A DNA stretch of 64,000 nt from Caecitellus pseudoparvulus (lineage: Eukaryota; Protista; Bigyra: Bicosoecida), in contig CBFFRQ010000053.1 in NCBI GenBank assembly GCA_965644315.1, positions 496,001-560,000 of the forward strand. The letters are read 5' to 3'. The translations under genes and the position numbers were made by a program. The notes under the pieces are model-generated. The model ran no database searches. It was given only the letters and a program-made list of their open reading frames with translations, and was not told the origin of the DNA. This document shows positions 50,143 through 61,958 of this stretch, piece by piece (position 1 is the stretch's first letter; every line of letters starts with the position of its first letter).

Positions 50143-52801
50143 ATGGACCCCATAGCGGCGCCACTGGCTGTCATCGACAAGCTCTTTGAGCAAGCCGTGG
50201 CCAGCGCAGGCGGCGGACTGCCCCCTGAGGACTTTGGCGTGGAAGGGCACTTCAAGAGCTTGATCAATGATGGCAACTTCGCCCACGTGAGCACGCACGG
50301 CGCGGCTGGTCCACCCTGCGGCATTTGAACGGCGAGCGACACACACGCCAACACAGGTGCCCCTCGTGACCAAGGGCCGCATGGACTTCGGGAAGCTGGC
50401 ACCAGGCACACTAGTGCGGTATCGGGGCATGGTGCAGGACACCTTTGACGTGGAGTTCTACCCCACTGCGTACCGGGTGCAGGACGGTCAAGGCAGTGCG
50501 TGGCTGGGTTGCCAGTGACACAGGCAGGACAGCCTGCTCAGCACACACGCTCCGCCGCCCGCAGACACCAAGCTGGTGAACGCCAAGTACCATGACGACC
50601 TTGACATTCCCGATGGGTGCACTGCAGAGGAGGTGGGGAAGGGCAGCCGGTGCGTGCTTGCGGAAATTGAGCCGAGCACCTGGCGCAGCTGACACGCAGC
50701 TGCTCCACGCCTCGCGCGGCTGCCACGATGGCGCCCCAGACGTTCACATCCCACCAACTCCCCACTGCGCAGAATCCCCGTGTACCTCGTCCCCATTCCC
50801 GGGCACACACACTGGGCCAGGGCCGAGGCGGGGTTGCTGGACGCGCCGGTCCAGGCCGCTGGCGCCTCCCGCGCCCGCAAGCGCAGAGCAGCTGTCCTGG
50901 AGGGGGAGGAGCAGGGCGGCCCGGACGCGGAGGGGGATGATGCTGAGGCGGGAGATGCCCAGCTAGAGGGCGACAGCAGCGGCGGCGGCGGCGCTGAGGA
51001 TGCCGCCAAGCGTGCCAAGGTGGTGGCCCCCGCCGCCTCAGCTGCCGCTGCAGGCGAGGGCGGGGCCGGCGGCCTCCTGGCCACGTCAGGTCGGGCCCAG
51101 GCCCTGGGCGCGACGGACGCAGAGGCCAACAGTACAGAGCCCATGCACCACGCGGCGGAGGTGGCGCGGCACAACCCGCTGCCCGACACGCCCGGCATGC
51201 CCGCCCTGGTTCGCATGGCGTCGGGCAACCAGCCCCTGCTGGTGGGGGACATGGTGGAGGTGTACGGCATCCTCAGCTCCGCCCCGGACGCGAGCCTGGT
51301 GGGGGCCGGCGTGCCCCAGGAGGGCGACACGCCGGAGGAGGCCGCCATGCGAGCCGCGTGGGCCATGGACCGGGAGACGGCGGCCAAGCGCCCCTCGGCA
51401 TCCCTCGTCGTGCGCCTGACGGGGCTGCTGTACCGCAAGCTGAACCCGTCAGAGCCCATGCTGCGGGTGCCTCTGCAGCGCCCCGGCGCCTTTCGCCTGC
51501 GGGGCACGACGGAGCACGAGGTGGCGGCGGCAGTGGCGGCAGGAGGAGGGGGGGGAGGGGGGGATGCGGCCGCCGCCACCAAGGCAGCTGAGGCAGCCTT
51601 GCAGCGGGAGATGGGTGACACGCAGGAGTGGCAGGCAGCAGCCAGCACTGCGCTGACGGGGTGGCTGCCGACGCTGGGGGTGCCCCTCATGCAATTGCGC
51701 AGCAAGTGCGTGGAGTACTTCGCCGCCGTCCTGGGCGGCGATGCCCTCGCAGGGGAGTGGGTGTTGCTGCACCTGCTGTCCGGAGTCACCACCCGCGTTG
51801 GCGGCAACGCAGTGGGCACGCTGCACTTGAACATCACGGGGTGCCCAGATGCGTCCGGCAGCGCCCCGACAACGCCTGCCCCTGGGGGCGGCCCCCCCTC
51901 CGCGGAGCCCCCCACTTGTGCGCCCATGCCGCCCGGCACACTCGTGTCCCACCTGTCCCCCACAGGCCGCGCCGTGCACGAGCGGGTGGCAGCGGTGCTG
52001 CCACGTGCCGCCGCCCTGCCCCTCACCATCGCCCACCTGAACGCGCTGCTGCTGTTCCCACGCAAGGACTACGTGACGAACCGCCTGCTGGCGGGTGCGC
52101 TGCAGGCGCCGCCGGGGACACAGTACGTCCTGGACGAGACGGTCATGCGGGGGGGCACGCTGCTGCCTCGAGGCATCGACAACCACCGCGCGCTGTCCGA
52201 GATGCTGGCGTCGGGCACTCTCGCGTATGACTTCGGGTACTTCCCTCAGGCGTTCAACGTGGACCTGCCCACACTCATCCTGTCGCACACTCGCTCCCTC
52301 TTCACAACCGACGCTGAGCTGCCGCTGGACCCCGGCGCAGCGACGAGGCTGGCGGCGGCGGGTGGGCCCACCCCCCCCGCCCCCGAGCCCGGCCTCATCC
52401 AGGCCGCCCGTGTCTACCTCGCCTGTGCACGGGCCCTGCCGTATCAGTTGGAGGGCGGCATGGAAGCACGGGTGGGGGCGGACTGGACCACCGCCCGGGG
52501 GGCCAACCCCAAGCTGGTGGCGGGAGACCTGCACCGCTGGCTCACCCTGGCCCGCCTGGTGTCTGTGTCGTGTGGCGAGGGCACCCTCACCCCCACGCAC
52601 TGGGCGGCGGCGCTGGCGCTGGAGGATGCGCGCCTGAAACGCATCACGGCAGCGGGGCCGGTGGAGGACCCACGCCGCCCCGCGGAACCCGCCTCTCCCT
52701 CCATGCCCGCTGCCAGCGGCGGCCCCACCACAGGCGCCTCGACGCAGGGCACAGCCGGGTCGAGGCGAGCAGGGGGTGGCGGAGGGCTGCCTTCCGTGTG
52801 A
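50143..52801 (+). CDS. MCMBP: Mini-chromosome maintenance complex-binding protein (several 5' introns between about 50287 and 50770)
   Basis: PLAVIDKLF, LVRYRGMVQD.FDVEFY, YLVPIPG..W, LGGDALAGEW.LLHLLS, PRKDY..NRL.AG.LQ, LDET and LHRWLTLARL. Confidence 0.88.
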
Positions 52802-52994
52802 GTGGCGCGGCTGCCACTGGTTGGCCAGGGGTCAGCTTGGCACAATAATCCACCCACCCACATGTGCACTATCGCTTCCGGGCATCGCGCACGCCCTGCA
52901 CTCGCTGTGGCCCATGCTGTGCGAGCTGCCTCGCTAGCCAGCCTGCGGAAATTGCTTGCACCTCTTCCTGCCTGCGCCGGCACGCCCTGCACAC

Positions 52995-55900
52995 ATGGCG
53001 TCGGGACAGGCGCCGCCCAGGGCACAGGCCGCCATCCAGAAGGCCATTGAGTCCCTGGCCAAGCCCGAGTTCCTGCCTGCTGTCGCAGATGTGCGTGCGC
53101 AGCGTGCGCGTGCCTGGCTGGCTGGCCCCCTCGACGCACCACACCGCACCTCGTTTGCAGGCGCTCAACGCGTGCGCCGCCGCGGGGCCCGAGGTGGGCA
53201 CTGGCATCTTCAACGCCTTTTGGAGCCACGTGCAGTCCTCTCGCAAGGCAGGGCGCCATGTCGCCGACAAGGAGCGTGCGGCACTGCTGCGGTACCTCCT
53301 CGCCGCGGCTGGCGGCATGGGCCTGCTGCACCCGTCCGACCCTGCCGTGCGACCAGGCCAGCGCGACCAGGCGCCGCCCCCCGACACCTCCTTCCTGGAC
53401 AACTGGCACACCTTCACCCTGGCCTCCCTGCCTTCCAACCGCCGCTCCCTTCGTGCCGCCTTGCACCGCTTCGTGCCCATGCTCATGCTGCACGACACCA
53501 ACTTCGCGGGGGCGCTGCTGGCGGAGCGTTTCCACTCGGTGGGCCGGGGGGGCGGCGGCGGAGGGGGCGCGCCCCGCCGACCGCCCTCTGCAAGTGACTC
53601 CCTGGACACAGCCCTGGGCCTGTCCCTGCTGCCGCCGGGTCTGGCGGGGCAAGGCCTGCCTGGATCGGGGTCCCCCCTGCCCCCCCTCCGCCCTGAGGCA
53701 CCCCCCCCCTGCAAGCATGCCAGACACCGGTGGCGGCGGCGGCGGCGGCGGCCTGGAGGCGGCTGCCGCACACACCCTCGTGCAGCAGCTGCTGCAGCCC
53801 GCCAGCGCCGGCGTGAACGACTCGTTCCTCTCCATCCTGCGGCGCTACGGGGGGCAGCGCCCAGGGCAGCTCATTCAATTGCTCAGCAAATACCTGAGGT
53901 CCTCCACCACCCGGTACGCCGCCCTGGGGGTGCTGTTCCGCCTGCTCACGGGGCGGCCCACGGGGCTGGAGCTGGCACTCACCCTGGGTCCGCCTGCCCT
54001 CCCACACCTCATCTCTGCGCTGCACAGCAGCACGGCGGCGGTGGCGGAGGGCGTGCTGGCGGCGGCGGGGGTGGATGTGCTGTCCACGGGTGGCAGCTCT
54101 GCCTCGGGCCTGCGGGGGGGGGAGGGCGGTGCGGGCGCCGGCTCCCGCGGACAGCGCCTGCCGTCAGACGACAGTGCCCTGCCGACGCGCCGACCTCACC
54201 GCTGGCGCCAGGCCAGTGAGCCCCCCGTGCCCTCCAAGGCGTTGTTGCAGGGTCTGCGGCAGGCAGCGGGTGGTGGTGGGGGGGGTGCCGGCGCGGCCCC
54301 CTCCACGGACCCCCCGTCCACCCCCCCCCTGTCGTCTCCCCCCACCGTGACCTCCTTCAGCGCGGGTATCCGGGCTCTCGTCGCGGAGCCCACTGCAGCG
54401 CTGGGCGTGCCGCAGTACCACCTCTCCTGCACAGCCCTGGCGGTGTGGGTGCTGGTGATCCTGGCCCCCGCCTGTCTGCCTGCTTTGACCCCCCACGCAC
54501 CCCCCTTCACACGCGCCATCACACGGGCAGGCGCCCTCACAGCCGTGCTCATGAGTTACTCGGGTCCAGGCAGCCGGACCCCCCCCCGCCAGCCCACCGA
54601 GGGGGGGGGTGAACCGGGCAGCGAGGGGGGGTACCCCTCCCTGGGCGAGCTGCAGGCGGGCCTGGCACACCTGGGCATGCACGATGCGTGTGTGGTGCTG
54701 CTGGGCACCGCCTTCGCCGCCTTCCCCCACACCACCCTGCCCGTGCTGCAGACAGCGGTGCATGACTTGCGAGGGGAGGTGGGCGCCGGTGCCACGGCAC
54801 CCCCCTCCCCTGCAGCAGACGCTTTCATCCTCTGGTGCGCCAAGGGCCTGGCGCCGGTGGCAGGGTCCGCCGTCGCGACGCTGTTGGACACGGACGCCTT
54901 TGAGGAGGGCTCTGCCTCCCGCTGGACCTTCGTGGACCAGGGCAAGTGGTACTTGGACCTCCTGCACAGCTTGACGTGGGGGCAGGTGCAGGTGGAGCGG
55001 CAAGGCAAGGGCGGACGGCGGTCCAAGACAGTGTACAGTGACAGCAGCGGGGGGGAGGGAGAGGTGGCGGCGCCTGTGGTGGCGCCTGCGGCGGAGCAGG
55101 GGGCCGAGGGCGGCGACACGTTTCACGGCGACGCCGGGCATGGCGAGCGGCAGGAGGCGCGTGTGGCAGCGGTGGGCGGCGGCAGCACAGACGCAGAGAG
55201 CATTGCAGTGAGCGTGGAGGCGGCAGACGCTCTGGAGGGGGACCCCCTGCGGGCGCAGTGGAACCGTTTCCTCATGGCGTCACACGTGAAGGTGCGGAAT
55301 GTGATCACGGCAACGCTGCGCAAGTACTTGAGCACGGAGCAGCGCGAGCAGCCACAAGGGCGAGCAGAGGACGCAGCAGCTTCCACACCACTGGAGGAGG
55401 TGTTCTACCCGCCTGGCCTGCCGCGCAACAACGTGCCCCTGCTCATGCACGAGTTGGCGTTTGAGCGGCACCTGCGCCAGCTGCAAACGCGCCGCACCCG
55501 TGCCGTGCAGGAGGAAGCCACCCGCCTGGCGACGTCTGCACAGTCCCTTGCAGCCATGCAACACCGCGTGGAGCAGCTGACGCGGGAGTGTGCCGCTCTG
55601 CGAGCGCAGGTGCAGGAGCGTGACGAGGAGCTGGCTAACGCACGAGCCGGGGCCGCTGCGACAGCTGCCGCGCTGGCAGACGCGGAGAGCAAGGCGTTTG
55701 AGCCGGCTGCAGAGCCCGAACCCGCCCTTCCATCACCAATTCTACCCATTGAGCCGCCCAGCGCCCCGGCCGCCGCGGACAGTGCCGCTGGCGACGATGG
55801 CGAGCTGTCGCGCCTGCGTGCGGAAGTGGGCATGTTGCGCACGGCACTGCAGGACGCCAGGGGCGACTTGGCGCGGTGGGCGGAGTATGAGCACGTTGTG

Positions 55901-56206
55901 CTGAGCCCGCTCAAGGCGTTTGCAGCGGAGAATGGGCTGGTGATCAAGGATTTGGCGCCGGGCGTGCCGCCGGGTGCTGCGTCCCCCGCCTGGGCAGGCG
56001 GCGACAGGGCTCGGCGGGGCTCGGACATTGGCTTGGCAGGCACGCCTGCCTCCTCCAGTGGCGGCAGCAGGCGGGCGGGCATGTCCACCTCCTCCGTGGC
56101 CCTGCAGACGCCGGGGCGGGAAGGCAGCGTCGGCACCAGCACCCCTGCCTCAGCTGCCGAGCGCATGCTGAAGGGCCTCGGCCGCATGGGGGGGTTCCTG
56201 GGGTGA
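52995..56206 (+). CDS. TSC1: Hamartin (TSC1)-like protein; intron 53091-53160; apparent 1-nt frameshift near 53700
   Basis: ILRRYGGQRP..LSKYL..RYAALGVL, LGTAFAAFP and LLMHELAFERHLRQ followed by a coiled coil; these resemble the conserved hamartin N-domain and coiled-coil entry motifs. Confidence 0.6.
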
Positions 56207-56412
56207 GGCTGGGGGACAGTGCATGCATGCCAGCCCGCCGTGGCAGGGTGGTGCGAGCTTGGCGTCGCGCTGCCGCGCTCGCTGCAACGATGCCTGGACG
56301 CAGCCTTGCGCTCGCGCCAGGCCAATTCACAACACACGCGCATCACGCTGAAGTGCCAACCCGGGCCACATGTGCAGGCGTGCTTTGCGTTGCTTGCAGC
56401 CCCCCTCGTGCC

Positions 56413-57290
56413 ATGGCACGCTTCGTCATGGCGGCCCTGGCCCTGGCGGCCTGTGCTGCCAGCGCCAACGCTCTGTTCTTCTACGTTGTGGAAGGGCAGC
56501 AGCGGTGCTTCATTGAGGAGGTGCCTGCTGACACGCTGGTCATTTCTACGTACCAGAACCCCGACTTCAAGCCGTACGGCGACCCCGGCTTCACAGAGAC
56601 TGTGTGTGGCCGCGAGCGGATATTGACGCGGCTGGTGTGAAACGCCGTTGCCCCATCACCTCCCGCCACAGGGCATTAGGGCCATGGTCACCGACCCCAC
56701 TGGAGCTGTCGTGCTGCAGAAGATGACCAACAAGCAGGTGCGAGGCGACCAGGGCCGCTCGCTGCCTGCTGCAGGCGTCACTGTGCCACCTTGCCCAACG
56801 TCCGCAGGGCCGCTTCGCCTTCACATCTGTGGCTGGCGGCGAGCACATGCTGTGCCTGAGCACCAACAACACACGGTGGTTCGGGACTCCCCGCAAGTTT
56901 GTGAGTGGCGCGCTGCCGTGGATGCGGCTGCGGCGGCGGCATGGCTTCCCTCGGCTGGCACGGCACACCCTGCCCCTTCGCACACCTGCGCAGAAGTTCG
57001 ACCTGCGCGTGGACGTGGGGGAGACCACCATTGACTACACGGAGGTGGCGAAGAAGGAGCACCTGAGCAGCCTGGAGGTGGAGATTCGCCGCCTGAACAA
57101 CAAGGCCAAGGACATCATGTCCCAGCAGGCGTACCAGCGCGAGCGGGAGATTTCCTTCCGCGACACAGCCGAGTCAACCAACGCACGGGTGCAGTGGTGG
57201 TCCATCGGCCAGACGGTCATCATGATCGCCTCTGCCACGTGGCAGGTGCTGCACTTGAAGGACTACTTCCGCAAGAAGAAGATCGTGTGA
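56413..57290 (+). CDS. p24/TMED (emp24/gp25L) cargo receptor, alpha-type; three introns
   Basis: Signal peptide, RCFIEE, GRFAFTS..GEH.LC, FRDTAESTNARV.WWS, a TM helix and the FRKKKIV tail. Confidence 0.92.
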
Positions 57291-57292
57291 GC

Positions 57293-57300
57293 AATGCATT
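57293..57300. terminator. Candidate bidirectional 3'-end/polyadenylation motif AATGCATT
   Basis: Fills the 9-nt gap between the convergent p24 and NTF2-like stops. Confidence 0.45.
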
Positions 57301-58169
57301 CAGCCTGGCACGCCTGGCCCTGCCGTCGCAGCGGCCGCTGCCACTGGCGCAGGCGCCACCGGCACGACGCTGGCGCCGGACCGGAACTCGCTTTGGGCAA
57401 TGAGCCAGGACTGTGTTGTGGGATGTTCTTGCAGGACGGAGGCCCACTGGAAGGGCACCTGCGTCGTGCCTGCCACCATGGTGCCAGTCACGCGCAGGAG
57501 GATGGTGAAACGCAGCATGGGCTCCTGGCCCTCAGCCTTGTGCAGCGTCAGCCCCAGCGGCTCCGTCGCGATGGCCAGGGAGTCTGTGAGGATGCCCGCC
57601 GACACCTCCATCACTGACGCCAGCAGGCTGCGGCAAAAGGCCTGCGTGTCACAGGCAGTGCCCTGGAAGGAGCAAGCGGCGGTGGGTGAGAAGAAATTCA
57701 GCAGCTGGTCTGCCACGGAGGGGGTTTGGGACACCGCCGCCGTGATGCCCAGCGTGGACTGCGCCACGGCGTTGCCCACCTCCGACGCCACCTTGGCCGC
57801 CAGCTCGTGGTGGTCAGGCAGCAGGCGGCCTGCATCCAGAGCTGCCTGGACCACTTCCTGGCGCCGAGTCAAGTTGCGCTCCTTGATGCGTTCCCGCTGC
57901 TCCTGTGCCTTGGAATCCAATTCCCTGCTTCGGCTCCCCCCTGACTGCACGCGGTCTCGCCCATGGGGCTCTTGGCTGGACTGCGAGCGCCGGGATGAGC
58001 GCCGCGTTTCGCTCCCGTTTCGGCGAGGCCGACTTGACGCTGCAGCTGCAGCGGCAGAGCCACTGGCTGCAGACTGCTCCTCCTTCTCCAAGTCCCGGGA
58101 GCGCCGTTCGACACGTTCCTTTCGTGCAGCGGCAGCTGCTGCGGCTGCCTCTTTCAGCCGTGCAGACAT
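57300..58169 (-). CDS. NTF2-like domain protein with Arg/Ser-rich coiled N-terminus (start uncertain)
   Basis: LLNFFS..A..SFQG, LLRVTG, F....VL and WLIAQSEFR follow the NTF2/NXT1 pattern. Confidence 0.5.
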   Translation of the reverse strand: MSARLKEAAAAAAAARKERVERRSRDLEKEEQSAASGSAAAAAASSRPRRNGSETRRSSRRSQSSQEPHGRDRVQSGGSRSRELDSKAQEQRERIKERNLTRRQEVVQAALDAGRLLPDHHELAAKVASEVGNAVAQSTLGITAAVSQTPSVADQLLNFFSPTAACSFQGTACDTQAFCRSLLASVMEVSAGILTDSLAIATEPLGLTLHKAEGQEPMLRFTILLRVTGTMVAGTTQVPFQWASVLQEHPTTQSWLIAQSEFRSGASVVPVAPAPVAAAAATAGPGVPG

Positions 58170-58673
58170 GTCCAGTCGGCCACGCAGGCTGGCTTGCGCA
58201 AGCAACTGCTGCAGGGCTCAGGGGCCAGGCAACACGCCAAGGGCAGTGAGACGCGTCACCCCACAGGCGAAGGGAGGGGTTCGTCCCACTCCTCCCCGTG
58301 CTCCGGCGAGCCGCAGCTGCCTGACGTGCGCTTATTTGGCTGAATTGTGCCTGGCGTGCGCTGGTTGCAACTCATCTTCGCTTTTTTGGCGCCTGTGTGG
58401 GTATGCAGCTCCTTGCGCAGTCACCCCCCTCCCTGGCATACACACCCAGCCCACACGTGTCAATTTCGAACACCCCCTCACCGCTCGCCACGCTCAGCGC
58501 CGCCAGCCGCCTCTTCGCACACCGTGAGCCGCACGCCAGCACCAGCGTCGGGGTTGAAGCAGCACACCGGCGGTCCACGCACGCGACCTGCAAGGCTCTG
58601 AGACGGGACCGGCCAGCGCGCAGTTGGTCGTCACCCGATTCCCCCCTGCAGCGAACATCACTGGCTGGCAGGC

Positions 58674-60286
58674 ATGGCAACTTCACGAGGTGTGTGCTGC
58701 CTGTGCCAGGTCGCTGCGACGCACCCCGCCTGCAGCTCCAACCCAGCCGTCCCTGCCGTGGAGCGGCAGCCTGCGGCGTCAGGGCACGCACGCCTCCACA
58801 CTGGCACTTCCTCCTCCTCACCCCCCCCTTCACAGCTCTCTTCTCGTCCAAGGTCGCTCCAGGGGTGCGCGCGGCCGAGGCAGGCTGCCTGCAGCTGCAG
58901 ACCGTGCAAGCACGCCCCCCACCCCCCTCGCAGGCACAGGAGGCCAAGGCCACCGGCAGCACGGAAGACGAGGACGCCTTCTTGAAGCGCATGGCCGACA
59001 CGGCGGACGCAGTGCGGCGGGGGGGCAGCGAGGCCCCCCTGTCTGACGCCGACCACCAAGCTGCCTTTGCCGCCCGGTCTGCCGTGGAGCAAGAGGTGAC
59101 CAAGGCGCTGGACACTGCCGTGCCGACGGACGGCGAGGTGGACGTGTACAACGCCCAGGTGGTGCCGGCGACAGCCCGGGACCGCAAGCGCATGTTGGCT
59201 GAGGAGGTGCTGCGCTTCAGGTGAGGAGCTGCAGTGCAGTTGCAGGCGCAGGCAGGCAAGTGCACGTGCGCTGCGCCGCTGCCACGCCACCGCAGGCAAA
59301 AGATCGAAGACGTGCAGGAAGAAGTAGAGCGCTTGCAGCTGTCCAACCGGGAGTTGATGAACAAGGTCATGACGGCGCAGGCGGACAACGACGACGCCCG
59401 CCTGCAGCTGGCCAAGAGCGAGGCTGCGCAGGAGACGGCGGAGCAGGCACTGTCCGACGCGCAGATCGAGCTGGACCGCGTGTCCAAGGACGCGACGGCC
59501 GCCGAGAGCGAGGTGGCGCGCCTGACAGCGGAGGTGTCGTCCACCAAGGCTGACATCGCGGCGGAGGAGGCGGCCATGGAGCGTGAGGAGGGGGAGCTGG
59601 CTGACCGCCTGGCGCGCATGGAGGCGGAAGCGCAGGAGCGGGAAGACGCCCTGCAGGCGGACATTGCCGCGGCACACTCCACCTTGGAGGCTGCCCGGGC
59701 GGAGGCGGTGGAGCTGGACTCCCGTCTGGCGGGGCATGCGGCGGTGGCGGCTGAGTCCACGCGCCTCCGGTCGGCCCTGGTGGCGGCCAAGGCGTGGAAC
59801 CTGCACAAGAGCCTGGTGAAGACCATCAAGGACAGCAAGGCGGAACAGGTGCGCCTGCAGGCCATCCTGGTGCACGCTCAGGAGCAGCGCGCCGAGTCCA
59901 TGACTGCCCTGGAGGGCGCTCGCTCAGAGCGCGACAAGCTGAAGGCACAGCTCAGCGCCGCCCTGGCTGCTGCCAGCACTGCTGAGTCAGCCGTCGCGTC
60001 GGCTCGTCGAGACATGGCGTACGCAGCCATTGAGTCGGGGTCGCCCCGGGGCAAGTCAGGGGGGGCGCTGACGCAGGGCGGCGAAACGCCGGCTCAAAGC
60101 CCGCCGACCGAGCAGGTGCGCCGGGAGCGGGGCGCCCTGACAGACGGCACGGAGGGCATGGCTGCGGAGATGGGCGAGTTGCGGGCCATGATGGCGGAGC
60201 TGCGCGCCAGCATGGACGAGGAGGTGCAGGTGCTGACGGCGGAAGCGAAGCATGCGCAGCAGCTGGCAGCACGCGCAGCGAAGTAG
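58674..60286 (+). CDS. Coiled-coil protein of unknown function (multi-exon; 5' structure uncertain; intron 59221-59294)
   Basis: Long Ala/Glu heptad repeats. The GTGAGG...CGCAG intron joins the two ORF-track frames. Confidence 0.65.
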
Positions 60287-60312
60287 GGTGGGTGCCACAC
60301 CACGCCTCGGGC

Positions 60313-60320
60313 AATGCATT
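60313..60320. terminator. Candidate bidirectional 3'-end/polyadenylation motif AATGCATT
   Basis: Lies in the 43-nt gap between convergent stops at 60286 and 60330. Confidence 0.45.
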
Positions 60321-60329
60321 CATGCGCCG

Positions 60330-61768
60330 TCACAGGCCTCGAGCACGCTTGGCGCGTGCGGCGAGGGAGTCCAGGCCAGTCGCCACGGTGGCAGCGGCGC
60401 GGTGCGAGGCAGCTCCAGCGCCCACCACCGCCATAGCCTGCGCACTTGCCGCTGCCCGCTGGGCTTGGGTGGGCCCCGCCCCCGCACGGCTGCGCCGCTT
60501 GCCATGCGAACTGATCAGGCCTTTCATTCCAGATGCCTGTGCTTCCGAGTGCACTTGCCTGCCCCGGGCAAGCGGCGTGGGCAGGCGTGCGGCAGCGGGC
60601 GTGGTGGACAGCCGCACTGAAACGCCAGCAACGCTGCGCCGTTCCGCTGCGTGGCACAGGGCAGCAGCGGGGCCCCGAGAGAGGGCCTGCAGTGCAGCTG
60701 CCCGAGGAAGGGAGGTGAGGCCAGCCACCAGGGCAGCGGCATCATGTGGGGACCGCATGAGGGTGTGTGACTCTGCGCCTGACGTGAGCATCAACGCACC
60801 ACGGCCCACACGCCCCCGCAGCTGCCGGTGCAAGTCGCTGACGTTGGCCACAAAGAACCGCCGCAAGGTGGCGTGTCGCAGCGCTGCGGCGAAAGGCACT
60901 TCCAGCACGATGCCAGCAGCCCGCGCAGCGTCAAGGCGGGCTTTCGTGAGGGGAAAGGGCAGTTTCTCCGTCCACGGCAGGGTCAGAATGTCCACAGCTC
61001 CGCTGCTGATGGCGGCTTCCCACGCCGCCACTGAGTGTGCCTCGACAGCCACAAGGTCGTAGGAGGCGAGCACATCGCTGGCTTTGTCCTGCGCAGCAGC
61101 ACAGCGGTGTGAGTGCGGGCACTGCGTCATGGCGGCGGCAAGCAAGAAACGCACGAGTGCATGCAAGTGCTTCTCTGTCTCACGCTCCACGCGCACGGTG
61201 ATGCGGTGGTACACCCGCACACCCTCTGCAGCTTGTGCCTGGAGGGGTGCGTTGCCCAGGTGTGGAGTGGATGTGGCGGCAGTGCCCGTTTGTTTGGGCG
61301 TTGCAGCGCGGCTGGGCGAGCCGCTGGGCGGCAGCAGCATGATGTCGCCGTCGGACGCATCACTGGGCGCCGCGGCAGGGCGAGGCACCTCGGGCTCACT
61401 GAGCTCCACACCTGCCCCCCCATGCACTTGCACCAGCTGCACGGGGGCCAGCAGGCTGTCCGGCACCTGCACTGCTTGTCGGACACAGGTCTGCGACGGC
61501 ACGGAAAGCGAGGGCGGCCCGTGAGCGCACGCGCAGAGAGGCACTGCGGCTCGAGCATGCACGCACATCTCCATTGCGCAGGGGAAGGTCAACGATGCGG
61601 TTCCACGCAATGCTGTGGTAGCCGTCTGTGGCGCGGAGCTCGACAGCGTGCAGCGGCGTGCTCGTGCGGAAATCGAAAGCCACACGCACACAACCCTGCA
61701 GTCATGAGGCACTCCTGCAGCACAGCAGCCGGCGGAGCACTGCGTTCGAAGGAAATGGCAAGGTCCAT
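60330..61768 (-). CDS. RPP30: RNase P/MRP protein subunit p30 (multi-exon)
   Basis: MDL start, GYHSIAWN, RITV, YDLVAV, VDILTL..LPF, GIVLEV and LTSGAES..MRSPHD. Confidence 0.85.
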
Positions 61769-61958
61769 GAAGGCGTCCTGCCCACGGGGCAACATGGTGC
61801 TGCCCCCTGTGCCAGCCATGCTGAGTGGAGGAGGGCGTGCGTGCCTCAGACCAAGATGCTGGTTGGGCAGCTTGAGGCAAGCAGTGTCCCCTGGCTGGCC
61901 TGCCCGAGCACAGCCTGGGACAGGGGAGCAGAGCTGCAAGGTTGGATTGGCGCCGCCG

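Noticed and set aside
20893-61700. Host short introns as an introner family
   Set aside because: They share only donor, branch and acceptor motifs; by eye they show no mutual similarity or TIR-like ends.
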